The notes under the pieces were generated by a model, which did not search any database, was not told the DNA's origin, and saw only the letters and a program-made list of their open reading frames with translations. From an uncultured Azospirillaceae bacterium (GTDB lineage: Bacteria > Pseudomonadota > Alphaproteobacteria > RF32 > CAG-239), in NCBI GenBank assembly GCA_964410325.1, contig CAYPFN010000009.1, forward strand, positions 1,585-65,584: DNA of 64,000 nucleotides, given 5' to 3'. Below are positions 10,153 through 20,453 of this stretch, in pieces; the first letter of the stretch is position 1; every line of letters starts with the position of its first letter. Both the position numbers and the translations under genes were made by a program.

Positions 10153-10435
10153 AAAATGCCTCTTTCCGATTTTTGTAATGTTGAAAAGAAAGTATTCGAA
10201 CCCGCGTTTGAATAAAGATGAAGGTAAAACAAGGTAGGGGCTCAAAAACTCTGCCAATGGCGCAGTTGTGTTTTTCGGCATTCTTAATTGTAGCCATCGT
10301 GAATGGTTAGCGGTCAGCAAATATTGTCAATCTGTTTGAAAATATTTTTTAATAAATTATGTGTACAGTATAAAAAAAGCTTGATTTAAAAGATTTTTAT
10401 GATAAATGTATTGACATCTTTCATAAATAATTTTG

Positions 10436-10465
10436 GAAGTGGGGTAAAACCCCGCTTCTTTTTTT
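10436..10465 (+). promoter_or_regulatory. rimP leader hairpin with U run (attenuator-like)
   Basis: GAAGTGGGGT-AAA-ACCCCGCTTC-TTTTTTT just upstream of the rimP RBS. Confidence 0.7.
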
Positions 10466-10479
10466 AGAAAGCAAGGAAA

Positions 10480-10992
10480 ATGCAAAGACATCCGTTACAA
10501 GATATGCTTGAGCCAGTCATTTCGAATTTGGGATATGAAACAATCCGGATTTTGACGGTAGGACAGGTCAATCCGACGTTGCAGATTATGATAGACGTTG
10601 CTGACGGCAGTCGGGAAATTAATGTTGAAGACTGTGCTCAGGTCAGTCGGGCTTTATCGGCCGTTCTTGATGAAAAAGACCCGATAAAAGATGCGTATTC
10701 ACTGGAAGTCAGTTCGCCAGGAATTGATAGGCCACTAACCAAACCGGAACATTTTAAACGTTTTGCTAGCTATTTAGCAAAAGTTGAAACAATTAATGAG
10801 GTCGAAAAGCGCAAGCGGATTAAAGGAAAAATTATCAGCATTGATAATCAAAACAACGTTCATATAGATATGGACGGTAAAGAATATATTATAGCCTTTG
10901 ATAATATTGCCAAAGCTAAAATCATCTTAACTGATGAGCTTTTGGCAAAGTATGAGGCAGAACAGAAAAATCTGGAAAATATTAATCTTTAA
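10480..10992 (+). CDS. rimP: Ribosome maturation factor RimP
   Basis: LEVSSPGIDRPL; lies before nusA. Confidence 0.96.
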   Translation: MQRHPLQDMLEPVISNLGYETIRILTVGQVNPTLQIMIDVADGSREINVEDCAQVSRALSAVLDEKDPIKDAYSLEVSSPGIDRPLTKPEHFKRFASYLAKVETINEVEKRKRIKGKIISIDNQNNVHIDMDGKEYIIAFDNIAKAKIILTDELLAKYEAEQKNLENINL

Positions 10993-11015
10993 CTTTAAGA
11001 TTTAAGAGGAATATA

Positions 11016-12527
11016 ATGGAAAATATTGAAAATATGCCCAGGCCGGAAATTGTCTTAGTTGCAGATACGGTCGCCCGTGAAAAAAACATTGATAAAGAAG
11101 ATGTTTTTACCGCTATGGAAGTTGCTATTCAGAAAGCCGGACGTTCGCGTTACGGTTTTGAGCATGATATTCGGGCTAAAATTGACCGCAAAACCGGCGC
11201 AATTTCTCTGGCGCGCTATCGTGAAGTCGTAGCCGATGACGCTGAAGTGGAAAATGAAGTAGCGCAGATTCGCATAAGCGATGCCAAAGCTTATGATAAA
11301 AATATTAAGGTCGGCGAATTTATTATTGATCCGCTGCCGCCGATTGATTTCGGACGTATCGCCGCTCAAACCGCTAAACAGGTTATTGTCCAAAAAGTTC
11401 GTGATGCCGAGCGCAACCGCCAATATGAAGAATATAAGGAAAAAATCGGCACCATTGTTAACGGTACGGTAAAACGTGTTGAATTTGGCAACGTCGTTTT
11501 AGATATCGGTAAGACAGAAGCTGTTTTGCGCCGTGATGAAATTATTCCGAGGGAAAAATTCAAAAATGGCGATCGGGTGCGTGCTTATGTGCTGGATGTC
11601 CGCCGCGAAAATCGTGGTCCGCAGATTTTTCTATCTCGTACCTGCCCAGAATTTATGGCTAAATTATTTACTTCCGAAGTTCCGGAAATTTATGACGGCA
11701 TTGTGCAAATTATGGGCGTAGCTCGTGATCCTGGTTCCAAGGCCAAAATAGCCGTTAAGGCCAATGATATGACAATTGATCCAGTCGGCGCCTGCGTTGG
11801 ATTGCGCGGTATCCGTGTTCAGGCGGTTGTAACTGAATTGCAGGGCGAAAAAATAGATATTGTTTCGTATTCGGAAGATCGGGCGCAATATCTGGTTGCG
11901 GCCTTGGCGCCGGCTGAAGTTACCAAAGTGGTAATTGATGAGGAAAACGGCCGTATGGAGGCTGTTGTGCCACAAGAGCAGTTTTCCATTGCTATCGGCC
12001 GTCGCGGTCAGAATGTCAAACTTGCTTCACAGCTTTTGGGAGCGGATATTGACGTTTTAACCGAAGAACAGGAACAGGAACGCCGCGCCAATGAAAATAA
12101 AGTTCGTTCACAGCGTTTTATGGAAGCGTTGGATGTTGATGAAATGATTGCCCACTTGCTGATTGCTGAAGGTTTTTCTACCATTGATGAAATTGCTTTT
12201 GTTGATTTAAAAGAACTTTCGGAAATTGAAGGGTTCGATGAAGACGTTGCAACTGAATTACAGCGTCGTGCCAAAGATTTTGTTGAAAAACGCAATAAAG
12301 ATTTCGCTAAAAAGAGCAAAGACTTAGGTATTGATGAACAACTTAAAACCATTGACGGGCTTGATCAGGATATGATCATCAAGTTGGCGGAAAATAATAT
12401 TAAAACCCTTGACGATCTAGCGGATCTGGCTGCCGATGAGCTGATTGAAATTTTGGGTGAAGAAACTTTAACGCAAGTTGAAGCCAACCGCATTATCATG
12501 GCTGCACGTGAGCATTGGTTTGCCTAA
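11016..12527 (+). CDS. nusA: Transcription factor NusA
   Basis: FGRIAAQTAKQVI, S1/KH domains, AIGRRGQNVKLASQL, C-terminal acidic repeats. Confidence 0.98.
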   Translation: MENIENMPRPEIVLVADTVAREKNIDKEDVFTAMEVAIQKAGRSRYGFEHDIRAKIDRKTGAISLARYREVVADDAEVENEVAQIRISDAKAYDKNIKVGEFIIDPLPPIDFGRIAAQTAKQVIVQKVRDAERNRQYEEYKEKIGTIVNGTVKRVEFGNVVLDIGKTEAVLRRDEIIPREKFKNGDRVRAYVLDVRRENRGPQIFLSRTCPEFMAKLFTSEVPEIYDGIVQIMGVARDPGSKAKIAVKANDMTIDPVGACVGLRGIRVQAVVTELQGEKIDIVSYSEDRAQYLVAALAPAEVTKVVIDEENGRMEAVVPQEQFSIAIGRRGQNVKLASQLLGADIDVLTEEQEQERRANENKVRSQRFMEALDVDEMIAHLLIAEGFSTIDEIAFVDLKELSEIEGFDEDVATELQRRAKDFVEKRNKDFAKKSKDLGIDEQLKTIDGLDQDMIIKLAENNIKTLDDLADLAADELIEILGEETLTQVEANRIIMAAREHWFA

Positions 12528-12554
12528 ACAGACATTGTGTTTGAAAGGATAAAC

Positions 12555-13121
12555 ATGGAAAAAATAACAGAGAGGAGATGTATTGCAAGCGGCAAGGTAA
12601 AACCTTTGTCCGCTCTTCTTCGCTTTGTTAAAACTGAAGACAGTCGCTTGGTTCCTGATTTTGGCAAAAAAATTCCAGGCCGAGGACTGTATGTTACCAA
12701 CTCCCGAAAAATGCTCAAAACAGCATTGGATAAAAATTTATTTGTTAAATCAATTCATCAGCATTTAAAAATTGATGAAAACTTTTTAGAAACTGTTGAA
12801 AATCTGTTGCACAATAAAGGCTTGGAAACGATAAATCTGGCACGGAAAGCCGGTGCGGCCGTTGCCGGTTTTGAAAAGGTTAAAGACAATATTTTAAAAA
12901 ACAAGGTTGCTTTTGTGATTGAGGCGGCAGATGCCGGTCAAGATGGAAGTACAAAAATGGAAGTGCTGTCAAAAGATATAGAAATCTTGAAAGTTTATAC
13001 AAGTGATGAGCTGGACAATGCTTTAGATAAGGTAAATACGGTTTATATTGCGATTTTAAAAAGCGGTATAGCCACAATGGTATATGCTAATCTGAAAAGA
13101 TATCAGAGTTTTTGTGATTAG
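12555..13121 (+). CDS. YlxR/DUF448 plus L7Ae-like RNA-binding protein
   Basis: ERRCIASG...LLRFV...PGRGLYV; LARKAG..GFEKV; lies between nusA and infB. Confidence 0.85.
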   Translation: MEKITERRCIASGKVKPLSALLRFVKTEDSRLVPDFGKKIPGRGLYVTNSRKMLKTALDKNLFVKSIHQHLKIDENFLETVENLLHNKGLETINLARKAGAAVAGFEKVKDNILKNKVAFVIEAADAGQDGSTKMEVLSKDIEILKVYTSDELDNALDKVNTVYIAILKSGIATMVYANLKRYQSFCD

Positions 13122-13143
13122 CAAGGATTGGAGAGGAAAATAT

Positions 13144-15615
13144 ATGGCTGACGAAAAAGGGAAATTAACATTATCTGGAAAATCAACTCTGACTTTGAAG
13201 AATGTCGGCAAAACATCTTCTTCTGAGGGCAGAAAAATGGTTCAAGTCGAAGTGCGCAAAAAACGCACGATTTCTTCTTCTGTGCCGACGCCGTCGGCAA
13301 AAGTCGAGATTGATGAAGCTACCGCCCAAAAACTGCGCTTGATTGCAGAAGCCAAAGAACATGAGGCCAAACGTCGCCAGGAAGAAGAAGCTAAGGAAAT
13401 CCTGCGTCAAAAGCAGCGGGATGAGCAGGCTGCGCGTTTAGAAGCTGATGAAAAAGCGCGACAAGAGGAAAAGCGCCACCAAACAGAAGAAAAAGTCCGT
13501 TTGGAGAAAGAAAATGCTCCAGTTAAAAACCAGCCTAAAGCTGAAAAAGCGGTTGTCGACAACGAAGATAAGTATAAAAGTAAAAAATCAAGAGATTTTG
13601 ACGATGACGATGATGAAGGTTATAACAATAGGAAAACAGCATCATCACGCCATTTGACCAAAGAAGAAACTTTTGAACAGGAACGCAAAAAAATTCAAAA
13701 ACGCAGTTTTGAGTCACCGCGCCGCAACGCTAAAATCAATGTTAACAGCTTTATGAATGCTGATGAAGACGATGACTATGGCTTTAGCGCACCCCGTCGT
13801 CGCTTTAAGAAAAAACAACCTAAACCAGCTGTTCAGCCTACGGCTCAGACAGAAAAAATCATCAAAGAAGTTGTTATTCCGGAGGTTATCACTGTTCAGG
13901 AACTGGCCAATCGTATGGCGGAAAAAAGTGCTGAAGTAATTAAAAAACTAATGTCTTTGGGTGTTATGGCCACAATTAATCAACCGATTGATGCCGATAC
14001 CGCTCAGATTGTTGTTGAAGAAATGGGACATAAATTTAAGCGTGTGGCAGACAGTGATGTTGAAGAAGGTTTAACCGGTCCGGCGGATGCCGAAACAGAT
14101 TTGCGTCCGCGGCCACCAGTGGTAACAGTTATGGGACATGTTGACCACGGGAAAACCTCCTTGTTGGATGCTTTGCGCGAAACTAATGTTGCGGCTAAAG
14201 AAGCTGGTGGTATTACTCAGCATATCGGCGCTTATCAGATTGAGGTTCCCGGCGGACAAAAAATTACTTTTATTGACACGCCAGGCCATGAAGCCTTTTC
14301 AGAGATGCGCGCCCGCGGTGCAAAAGTAACGGATATTGTGGTATTGGTGGTTGCCGCTAATGATGGAATTATGCCACAGACCATTGAAGCCATCCGCCAT
14401 GCCCAGGCTGGCGAAGTGCCGATTGTTGTGGCCATCAACAAAATTGATTTGCCGGGTGCCGATCCAATGCGGGTTAAAACCGAACTTTTACAGCACGGCA
14501 TTGCTGTTGAGGAAATGGGCGGTGAAAGTTTATGCGCCGAAGTTTCTGCCAAAAAACGCATTAATATTGATAAATTGCTTGAAGCAATTTTATTGCAGGC
14601 AGAAATTCTTGATTTAAAAGCCAATCCCGATCGTAAAGCTGAAGGTGCCGTGATTGAGGCTAAAATGGAAAAAGGCCGAGGTAGCGTTGCGACAGTTTTG
14701 GTACAAAACGGAACGCTGCGCATAGGGGATGTTTTTATTGCTGGTAAAGAATGGGGGCATGTACGCGCCATGTTTAATGAACACGGCAAAAAAGTCCACG
14801 AGGCTGCACCAGCAACGCCTGTAGAGGTTTTAGGTCTGCAGGGAACACCAGCGGCCGGCGATAACTTTATTGTTGTTAAAGATGAAACGCAAGCTAAAGA
14901 AGTAACAAATTATCGGATTCGCAAAGAACGTGAAGCTAAATTGGTTAAAAGCGCCAAATCAGCCATGGAACAAATGCTTGATAAAATCAAATCAGGCGAG
15001 GCCAAGCATTTGTCAGTGATTATTAAAGCTGATGTTCAAGGGTCAATTGAGGCGATAGAAGGTACAATCAAAAAATTGTCAACGGATGAAGTTTCCGTAC
15101 AGATTCTGCACGCCGCAGTCGGCCCGATTTCAGAATCGGATATTTCGCTTGCCAAAGCCTCTAATGCCTTTATCATTGGTTTTAATGTCCGGGCTATTCC
15201 GCAAGCCCGCGATATGGCCCGCCGTGATGGTGTTGACATCCGTTATTATTCAATTATTTACGATGTCGCCGATGATGTGAAAAAAGGTCTGGAAGGTTTG
15301 CTTTCTCCGGAAGTTAGGGAAAAACTTCTGGGTTATGCCGAAATCCGTAATGTCTTTAATATCACAGGCGTTGGCAAAGTTGGCGGTTGTATGGTCACCG
15401 AAGGTTTTGTCAAACGCGGTGCCAAAGTTCGGCTACTCCGGGATAATGTTGTTATCCATGACGGTAATTTAGCACAACTGAAACGCTTTAAGGAAGATGT
15501 CAAGGAAGTTCGTGAAGGTTATGAATGCGGCATGAGTTTTGAGAATTATAATGACATTCAAACAGGTGATTTTATTGAATGTTATGAATTGGAAACAATT
15601 GCGGCCAAGCTTTGA
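13144..15615 (+). CDS. infB: Translation initiation factor IF-2
   Basis: [35 protein letters not shown]. Confidence 0.99.
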   Translation: MADEKGKLTLSGKSTLTLKNVGKTSSSEGRKMVQVEVRKKRTISSSVPTPSAKVEIDEATAQKLRLIAEAKEHEAKRRQEEEAKEILRQKQRDEQAARLEADEKARQEEKRHQTEEKVRLEKENAPVKNQPKAEKAVVDNEDKYKSKKSRDFDDDDDEGYNNRKTASSRHLTKEETFEQERKKIQKRSFESPRRNAKINVNSFMNADEDDDYGFSAPRRRFKKKQPKPAVQPTAQTEKIIKEVVIPEVITVQELANRMAEKSAEVIKKLMSLGVMATINQPIDADTAQIVVEEMGHKFKRVADSDVEEGLTGPADAETDLRPRPPVVTVMGHVDHGKTSLLDALRETNVAAKEAGGITQHIGAYQIEVPGGQKITFIDTPGHEAFSEMRARGAKVTDIVVLVVAANDGIMPQTIEAIRHAQAGEVPIVVAINKIDLPGADPMRVKTELLQHGIAVEEMGGESLCAEVSAKKRINIDKLLEAILLQAEILDLKANPDRKAEGAVIEAKMEKGRGSVATVLVQNGTLRIGDVFIAGKEWGHVRAMFNEHGKKVHEAAPATPVEVLGLQGTPAAGDNFIVVKDETQAKEVTNYRIRKEREAKLVKSAKSAMEQMLDKIKSGEAKHLSVIIKADVQGSIEAIEGTIKKLSTDEVSVQILHAAVGPISESDISLAKASNAFIIGFNVRAIPQARDMARRDGVDIRYYSIIYDVADDVKKGLEGLLSPEVREKLLGYAEIRNVFNITGVGKVGGCMVTEGFVKRGAKVRLLRDNVVIHDGNLAQLKRFKEDVKEVREGYECGMSFENYNDIQTGDFIECYELETIAAKL

Positions 15616-15666
15616 AAATGAAAGCGGTATTATAAAAATGCCGAGGTGGTTGTAAAGGAAAAAATA

Positions 15667-16056
15667 ATGGCACAAAAAGAAGTATCACAACGCCAGCTGC
15701 GGGTCGGTCAAGAGATTAAACGAGTTTTAACCTCGGCTTTGGAGCGTGGTGAGGTACACAGTTCTGAGTTATTTGATGCGTTTATTACGGTTACGGAAGT
15801 CCGAGTGTCGCCGGATTTAAAATATGCCACAGCTTATGTAATGACCTTAAACGGCAAGAATCTCGGGCAAATTTTGGAAAAATTAAATGCGGATGCCTGG
15901 CTTTTTAAAAAACAGATTGCAGATAAACTGCAGCTGCGTTATACGCCGGAACTCAGTTTTCGGGCTGATGATTCATTCATTGAAGTTGATAGAATCGAAA
16001 AACTGTTACGTAATCCGAAAGTGGCACAAGATTTGAAGAAGAAAGATTCTGAATAA
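15667..16056 (+). CDS. rbfA: Ribosome-binding factor A
   Basis: QRQLRVGQEI, VTEVRVSPDLKYA, LRYTPELSF. Confidence 0.96.
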   Translation: MAQKEVSQRQLRVGQEIKRVLTSALERGEVHSSELFDAFITVTEVRVSPDLKYATAYVMTLNGKNLGQILEKLNADAWLFKKQIADKLQLRYTPELSFRADDSFIEVDRIEKLLRNPKVAQDLKKKDSE

Positions 16057-16069
16057 ATAAAATAAGGAG

Positions 16070-16192
16070 GTGGATATTGCACCGGTAACTAAAAAATGTC
16101 CGTTTTGTTGTTCGGAAACTCAGGTTCCTTCTGTTCGCCACCTGCATTGCACCTCTGAATTGCTGGCTAAAAAGAAAAAACGCAAAAAATAA
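16070..16192 (+). pseudogene. Isolated MscL-like C-terminal Cys-rich tail (40 codons)
   Basis: APVTKKCPFCCSETQVPSVRHLHCTSEL resembles the TKECPFCxSxI...RCPHCTSxL tail of many MscL proteins; no TM part upstream. Confidence 0.6.
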
Positions 16193-16203
16193 TGATGCTC
16201 TCT

Positions 16204-16232
16204 AAAAAAAGCGGATTTAATCCGCTTTTTTT
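16204..16232. terminator. Bidirectional terminator
   Basis: AAAAAAAGCGGATT-T-AATCCGCTTTTTTT palindrome. Confidence 0.88.
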
Positions 16233-17356
16233 GCATGTTTAGAAGCGATATCTTTGGCTTTATATGTAATATCCTTTGCTTTTTCTTTCATGGAGTGTGC
16301 TTTTTGTGAAAGATCTTTGGTTTTTTCTGTTAAATAATCTTTCAGCATCGCTAATTTACGTTTTTCTTTAATTTCTTTTTGCCTATGGGACAAATATCCT
16401 TCATAAGAAAATAGCGCAATTCCGGAAAATACCAAGGGCAACAGATAATAAATAATCCGATATACAATCAAGGCGCCAAACAACATTGCCTGATTTTCAG
16501 CATCGGGAATTATATTGGAAAACACCAGTTCAAATACGCCGAGCCCTCCCGGAACCTGGCTGAAAATCCCTAAAATCTGAGCAATAATAAATGCGCCGAT
16601 AAAAACATCAAAAGGAATATCAATAAAATGAATAAGCGTAAAATAAAGAACAAATGAAGCCAGCAAAATATCAATACTGCCGATAAAAATTTGTGCCAAA
16701 GCCATTTTAAATGTCGGAATATTAAAAGCGATACCTTTAATGTCAATCGTTTTTTTATAAAACAGGCTGGCGCCTAGATAGATGAGTAATCCGATAAGAG
16801 AAACAAAGGCAATAACGGTAGTGGTAAACAGTGACATGGAGCCTTCGCCGAAAGCATGATCCGGAGTGATGATATAACCGATAATAATTAGAAAAAAACA
16901 GGCAATAAGATAAGTAAAACCTGAAAACGTTACCATTTTGACAATTTCGTCAGCATGAAACCGCCATCGTGTATATAGACGATACCGGATAGCCCCGCCG
17001 GAAACAACAGCGTGTCCAGCATTATTACTGACCGAAAAACCGATAAATCCGGCAAAAATCCACCGCCAAACCGGCAGTTTTCGGTCGATATATCGTAAAG
17101 CCAAAAAATCATAAGAGGAAAGGGCAATATAACCACAGAAAGAAGCAATGGTGGCATAAATAAGATTTTGATTCGGAATACTCATTATGGCCGAGTGCAA
17201 ATCTGCCAGATTATATTTAGCCAGTTGTTTATAAATCATAAAAGCTGCCAGAGCAAAGAAAAACAATCCTGCCCAGGATATGATTTTTTTAATCATCCTT
17301 TTGGTTTTGTACGCCATCCCTGTTTGGGTATTTATTTTCTTTTCTTTTTGTTTCAC
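16217..17356 (-). CDS. MprF-type flippase-domain membrane protein (UPF0104), no synthase domain
   Basis: YDFLALRY, SGGAIRYRLY, SQVPGGLGVFE, YRIIYYLLPL. Confidence 0.85.
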   Translation of the reverse strand: MKQKEKKINTQTGMAYKTKRMIKKIISWAGLFFFALAAFMIYKQLAKYNLADLHSAIMSIPNQNLIYATIASFCGYIALSSYDFLALRYIDRKLPVWRWIFAGFIGFSVSNNAGHAVVSGGAIRYRLYTRWRFHADEIVKMVTFSGFTYLIACFFLIIIGYIITPDHAFGEGSMSLFTTTVIAFVSLIGLLIYLGASLFYKKTIDIKGIAFNIPTFKMALAQIFIGSIDILLASFVLYFTLIHFIDIPFDVFIGAFIIAQILGIFSQVPGGLGVFELVFSNIIPDAENQAMLFGALIVYRIIYYLLPLVFSGIALFSYEGYLSHRQKEIKEKRKLAMLKDYLTEKTKDLSQKAHSMKEKAKDITYKAKDIASKHAKKAD

Positions 17357-17383
17357 TGTATGTTCCCATTAGAAGATTTAATA

Positions 17384-18517
17384 TTAATTAGTCTGTGTTT
17401 TCATATTTTCATCTATATAGAGCCGTATATTGTTACCAAAGGTTTGACGGATGTACAATGTCAATTCCGAGGGCTTAAATTTAATTGTTTCAGCCAAATT
17501 CTGGGCTTGCAGCAATTCTCCGATTTTTAATTCGCTGGCTATTTTATCCCGATAGCGTGCGGCACCTTTAGCTTCATAAATTGAAGCAATGTTGTAAAGA
17601 ATATGAGCTTGGATTAAATTGCGCGGATACATTTTGCCTTCGGCATAAATATTTGCCAACATCATTATTGCTTCAATATTGCCTTGCTCGGCAGCGCCGT
17701 TAAGATACTTAACCACATTGCTATAATTTTGAGCGACGCCATGTCCGGACGCATACATCATGGCCAAAACATACAGTGCCTCATCAAAAGCAGTAGTTGC
17801 GGCATCTTTTATCAGTCTGAAGGCCTTATGATAATCCTGCGGAAGGCGAAACCCTTTATAATAAGCATAGCCAAGCATAAATTTGGCGGTATTGTTACCA
17901 GCATCAGCCGCCTGTTGAAAAAGTTGGATAGCTTCATCGAGATTTTTATTTTGACTGTCGCCACTTAAATAAATAAACGCCAGATTAACCGCAGCATCAT
18001 CGCTTCCCTGCTGAGCGGCTTTTGCAAACAGCAGAGAAGCTTTGATATAATCCACCTGAGTGCCGATGCCGTTGAAATATAGACTGCCCAAATTGTTTAA
18101 AGCAATTTTATCATTTTGTTTGGCAGCCATTTCATAATATTTGAAAGCTTGCTCATAATCAGCTTGCACACCGTCCGTACCGTATAAATACATATAACCG
18201 AGCGAAAGCTGGGCGCTGATATTACCACTTTCAGCTAGTCTTATCATTTTTTGCAGAGGCGTTTCCTGAATATCTTCTTGTTCAGAACTTTCCATATTCT
18301 CTTCCGGAATTTCCACTGTGGCAGGTTTTTTGATAAAAGAGAAATTTAAAAATGAAAAGATTCCCCGGTCATCTGCGATATTTTTCTCAGTTTTTTTTAC
18401 CTCAGTTTCGGTGCTTTGCGTCTCGCCACTGATGCTGGTGGCTAAATCAAAGCTTTGAGCCAGCGACATGCTGGAAACAAACAGGACAGCGCATGACCAT
18501 ATCATGAATTTTTTCAT
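17384..18517 (-). CDS. Exported Sel1-repeat protein
   Basis: Signal peptide; repeated A..LG.MY..G.GV..DY..A..YY..AA units. Confidence 0.9.
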   Translation of the reverse strand: MKKFMIWSCAVLFVSSMSLAQSFDLATSISGETQSTETEVKKTEKNIADDRGIFSFLNFSFIKKPATVEIPEENMESSEQEDIQETPLQKMIRLAESGNISAQLSLGYMYLYGTDGVQADYEQAFKYYEMAAKQNDKIALNNLGSLYFNGIGTQVDYIKASLLFAKAAQQGSDDAAVNLAFIYLSGDSQNKNLDEAIQLFQQAADAGNNTAKFMLGYAYYKGFRLPQDYHKAFRLIKDAATTAFDEALYVLAMMYASGHGVAQNYSNVVKYLNGAAEQGNIEAIMMLANIYAEGKMYPRNLIQAHILYNIASIYEAKGAARYRDKIASELKIGELLQAQNLAETIKFKPSELTLYIRQTFGNNIRLYIDENMKTQTN

Positions 18518-18641
18518 CTAATCAATCCTTTTAAATTCATATTGCGCTATACTAAACTAAAAAAAATGCAGTTTCAAGGCAAATATTGTTGTAAAAAAAA
18601 ATAAGGTATGTTAAGGGACGATAAAATGGAAAGGAAAAAAC

Positions 18642-20450
18642 ATGCCGACAGAAACGCCGATTTATACAATTAAGAATGCTCGTTTAACCTTTGGCTTAAC
18701 ACCGTTGTTTACAGGAATTGAATTATCCATCAGTCGCGGCGATAAAATTTGTCTTGTCGGCCGCAATGGTTCAGGAAAATCAACTTTGTTAAAAATTATT
18801 TACGGGCAGATTGAGGCAGATTCAGCCGAGATATTTATCCAGCCGGGCACAAAAATTTCATATATGCCGCAAGAACCTGACTTTTCAGGATTTAACAGCT
18901 TGCGGAGTTATATTCTTTCCGGATTAAAAGATAATGCTACAGGACAAGAATATAAGGCAGATATATTAATCCAACATCTGCAGATTCTGGAAAATCAGAG
19001 TCCTGCGTCGGCTTCGGGAGGAGAGTTGAAAAAAGCGGCTTTGGCTAAGGCTCTAATTGATGACCCGGATATTTTGCTTTTGGATGAACCAACCAATCAT
19101 TTAGATATAGCCACAATTGAAAAGCTAGAAAAAATTATTGAAAAATTTAAAGGAGCCGTTGTTGTCATCAGTCATGACCGAATGTTTCTAAACCACGTTT
19201 CCCGGCAGAGTTTCTGGTTAGATCGTGGCATTTTGCACAGCAACAATAAAGGATTTGCTCATTTTGACGAATGGCAGGAGCAGATTCTGGAGCAAGAAAT
19301 TATTGCGCAGAAATATTTAAATAAAAAAATCGAAGAAGAAACCGAATGGTTACATAAAGGCGTAACCGCCCGACGCAAGCGCAATCAGGGAAGATTGCGG
19401 CGTTTGCAACAACTGCGACAGGAAAGAAGAGAGCAAATTAAACAAATCGGTTCAGTTAATTTGGCGATTGATTCAGGAGAGTTGCGTTCACGCCTGGTTA
19501 TTGAGGCTAAACACATTTACAAAGCTTACGGCGGTCGGGAATTGGTTAAAGATTTTTCTATCCGCGTCATGAAAGGCAACCGTTTGGGGATTGTTGGCCC
19601 GAATGGCGCTGGCAAAACAACGCTGATAAAGCTGTTAACTAAAAAAATAGCGCCAGATTCAGGTTTTGTCCGCATTGGCAAAAATTTGGAAGAGGCATAT
19701 TTTGATCAGAACCGCGTAACATTAGATCCGAAAAAAACATTATGGAAAACACTTTGCAATGAAGGAGATCATATTTGGGTTCGTGGCCATTACCGCCATG
19801 TTGTGGCTTATTTGAAAGATTTTTTATTTAAGCCTGATCAGGCGCAATGTCTGGTGTCAACACTTTCAGGCGGTGAGAAAAACCGTTTGATGCTGGCGGT
19901 TGCATTGGCACGACCGTCAAATTTTCTGGTGCTTGACGAACCGACCAATGATTTGGATATGGACACGTTGGATTTATTGCAAGAAGTTTTGGATGAATAT
20001 CCGGGAACAATTTTAGTCGTCAGCCATGACCGCGATTTTTTGGATAAAGTGGCAACATCTCTTTTATATATGAAAGGCGACGGAACTATTACCGAACATA
20101 TCGGCAGCTATAGCGAGCTCATAAAAAAACTTAAAAGCGAACCAGAGAAAAAAGAACTTAAAAACCGCATATCTGCTCCAGTAGTTGAAAGATTTGCAAC
20201 GGATAACCAGCGCAAGCTGAGCTATAAAGACAAACGTCTTTTGGAAATACTTCCCAATGAAATTACTACGTTGGAAAAACGTATTGCCGAAATTGAACAA
20301 CGATTGTATCTGGAAACGGATTTGTATTCGTGCGCTCCAGAAGAATTTGACCGACTAACGAAAGACCTGCAGGTTTGCCGGCATGAAAAAGAACAAAAAG
20401 AAACAACCTGGCTTGAAATACAGTTAAAAGCCGATGAGTTAGCAAGCTGA
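18642..20450 (+). CDS. uup: ABC-F ATPase, Uup-like
   Basis: Two ABC cassettes ([24 protein letters not shown]), ARRKRNQGR linker, KLSYKD tail. Confidence 0.85.
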   Translation: MPTETPIYTIKNARLTFGLTPLFTGIELSISRGDKICLVGRNGSGKSTLLKIIYGQIEADSAEIFIQPGTKISYMPQEPDFSGFNSLRSYILSGLKDNATGQEYKADILIQHLQILENQSPASASGGELKKAALAKALIDDPDILLLDEPTNHLDIATIEKLEKIIEKFKGAVVVISHDRMFLNHVSRQSFWLDRGILHSNNKGFAHFDEWQEQILEQEIIAQKYLNKKIEEETEWLHKGVTARRKRNQGRLRRLQQLRQERREQIKQIGSVNLAIDSGELRSRLVIEAKHIYKAYGGRELVKDFSIRVMKGNRLGIVGPNGAGKTTLIKLLTKKIAPDSGFVRIGKNLEEAYFDQNRVTLDPKKTLWKTLCNEGDHIWVRGHYRHVVAYLKDFLFKPDQAQCLVSTLSGGEKNRLMLAVALARPSNFLVLDEPTNDLDMDTLDLLQEVLDEYPGTILVVSHDRDFLDKVATSLLYMKGDGTITEHIGSYSELIKKLKSEPEKKELKNRISAPVVERFATDNQRKLSYKDKRLLEILPNEITTLEKRIAEIEQRLYLETDLYSCAPEEFDRLTKDLQVCRHEKEQKETTWLEIQLKADELAS

Positions 20451-20453
20451 GGC

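Noticed and set aside
10190-10270. GGTTCGAAT on the minus strand resembling a tRNA T-arm
   Set aside because: No acceptor stem, D-arm or CCA can be built
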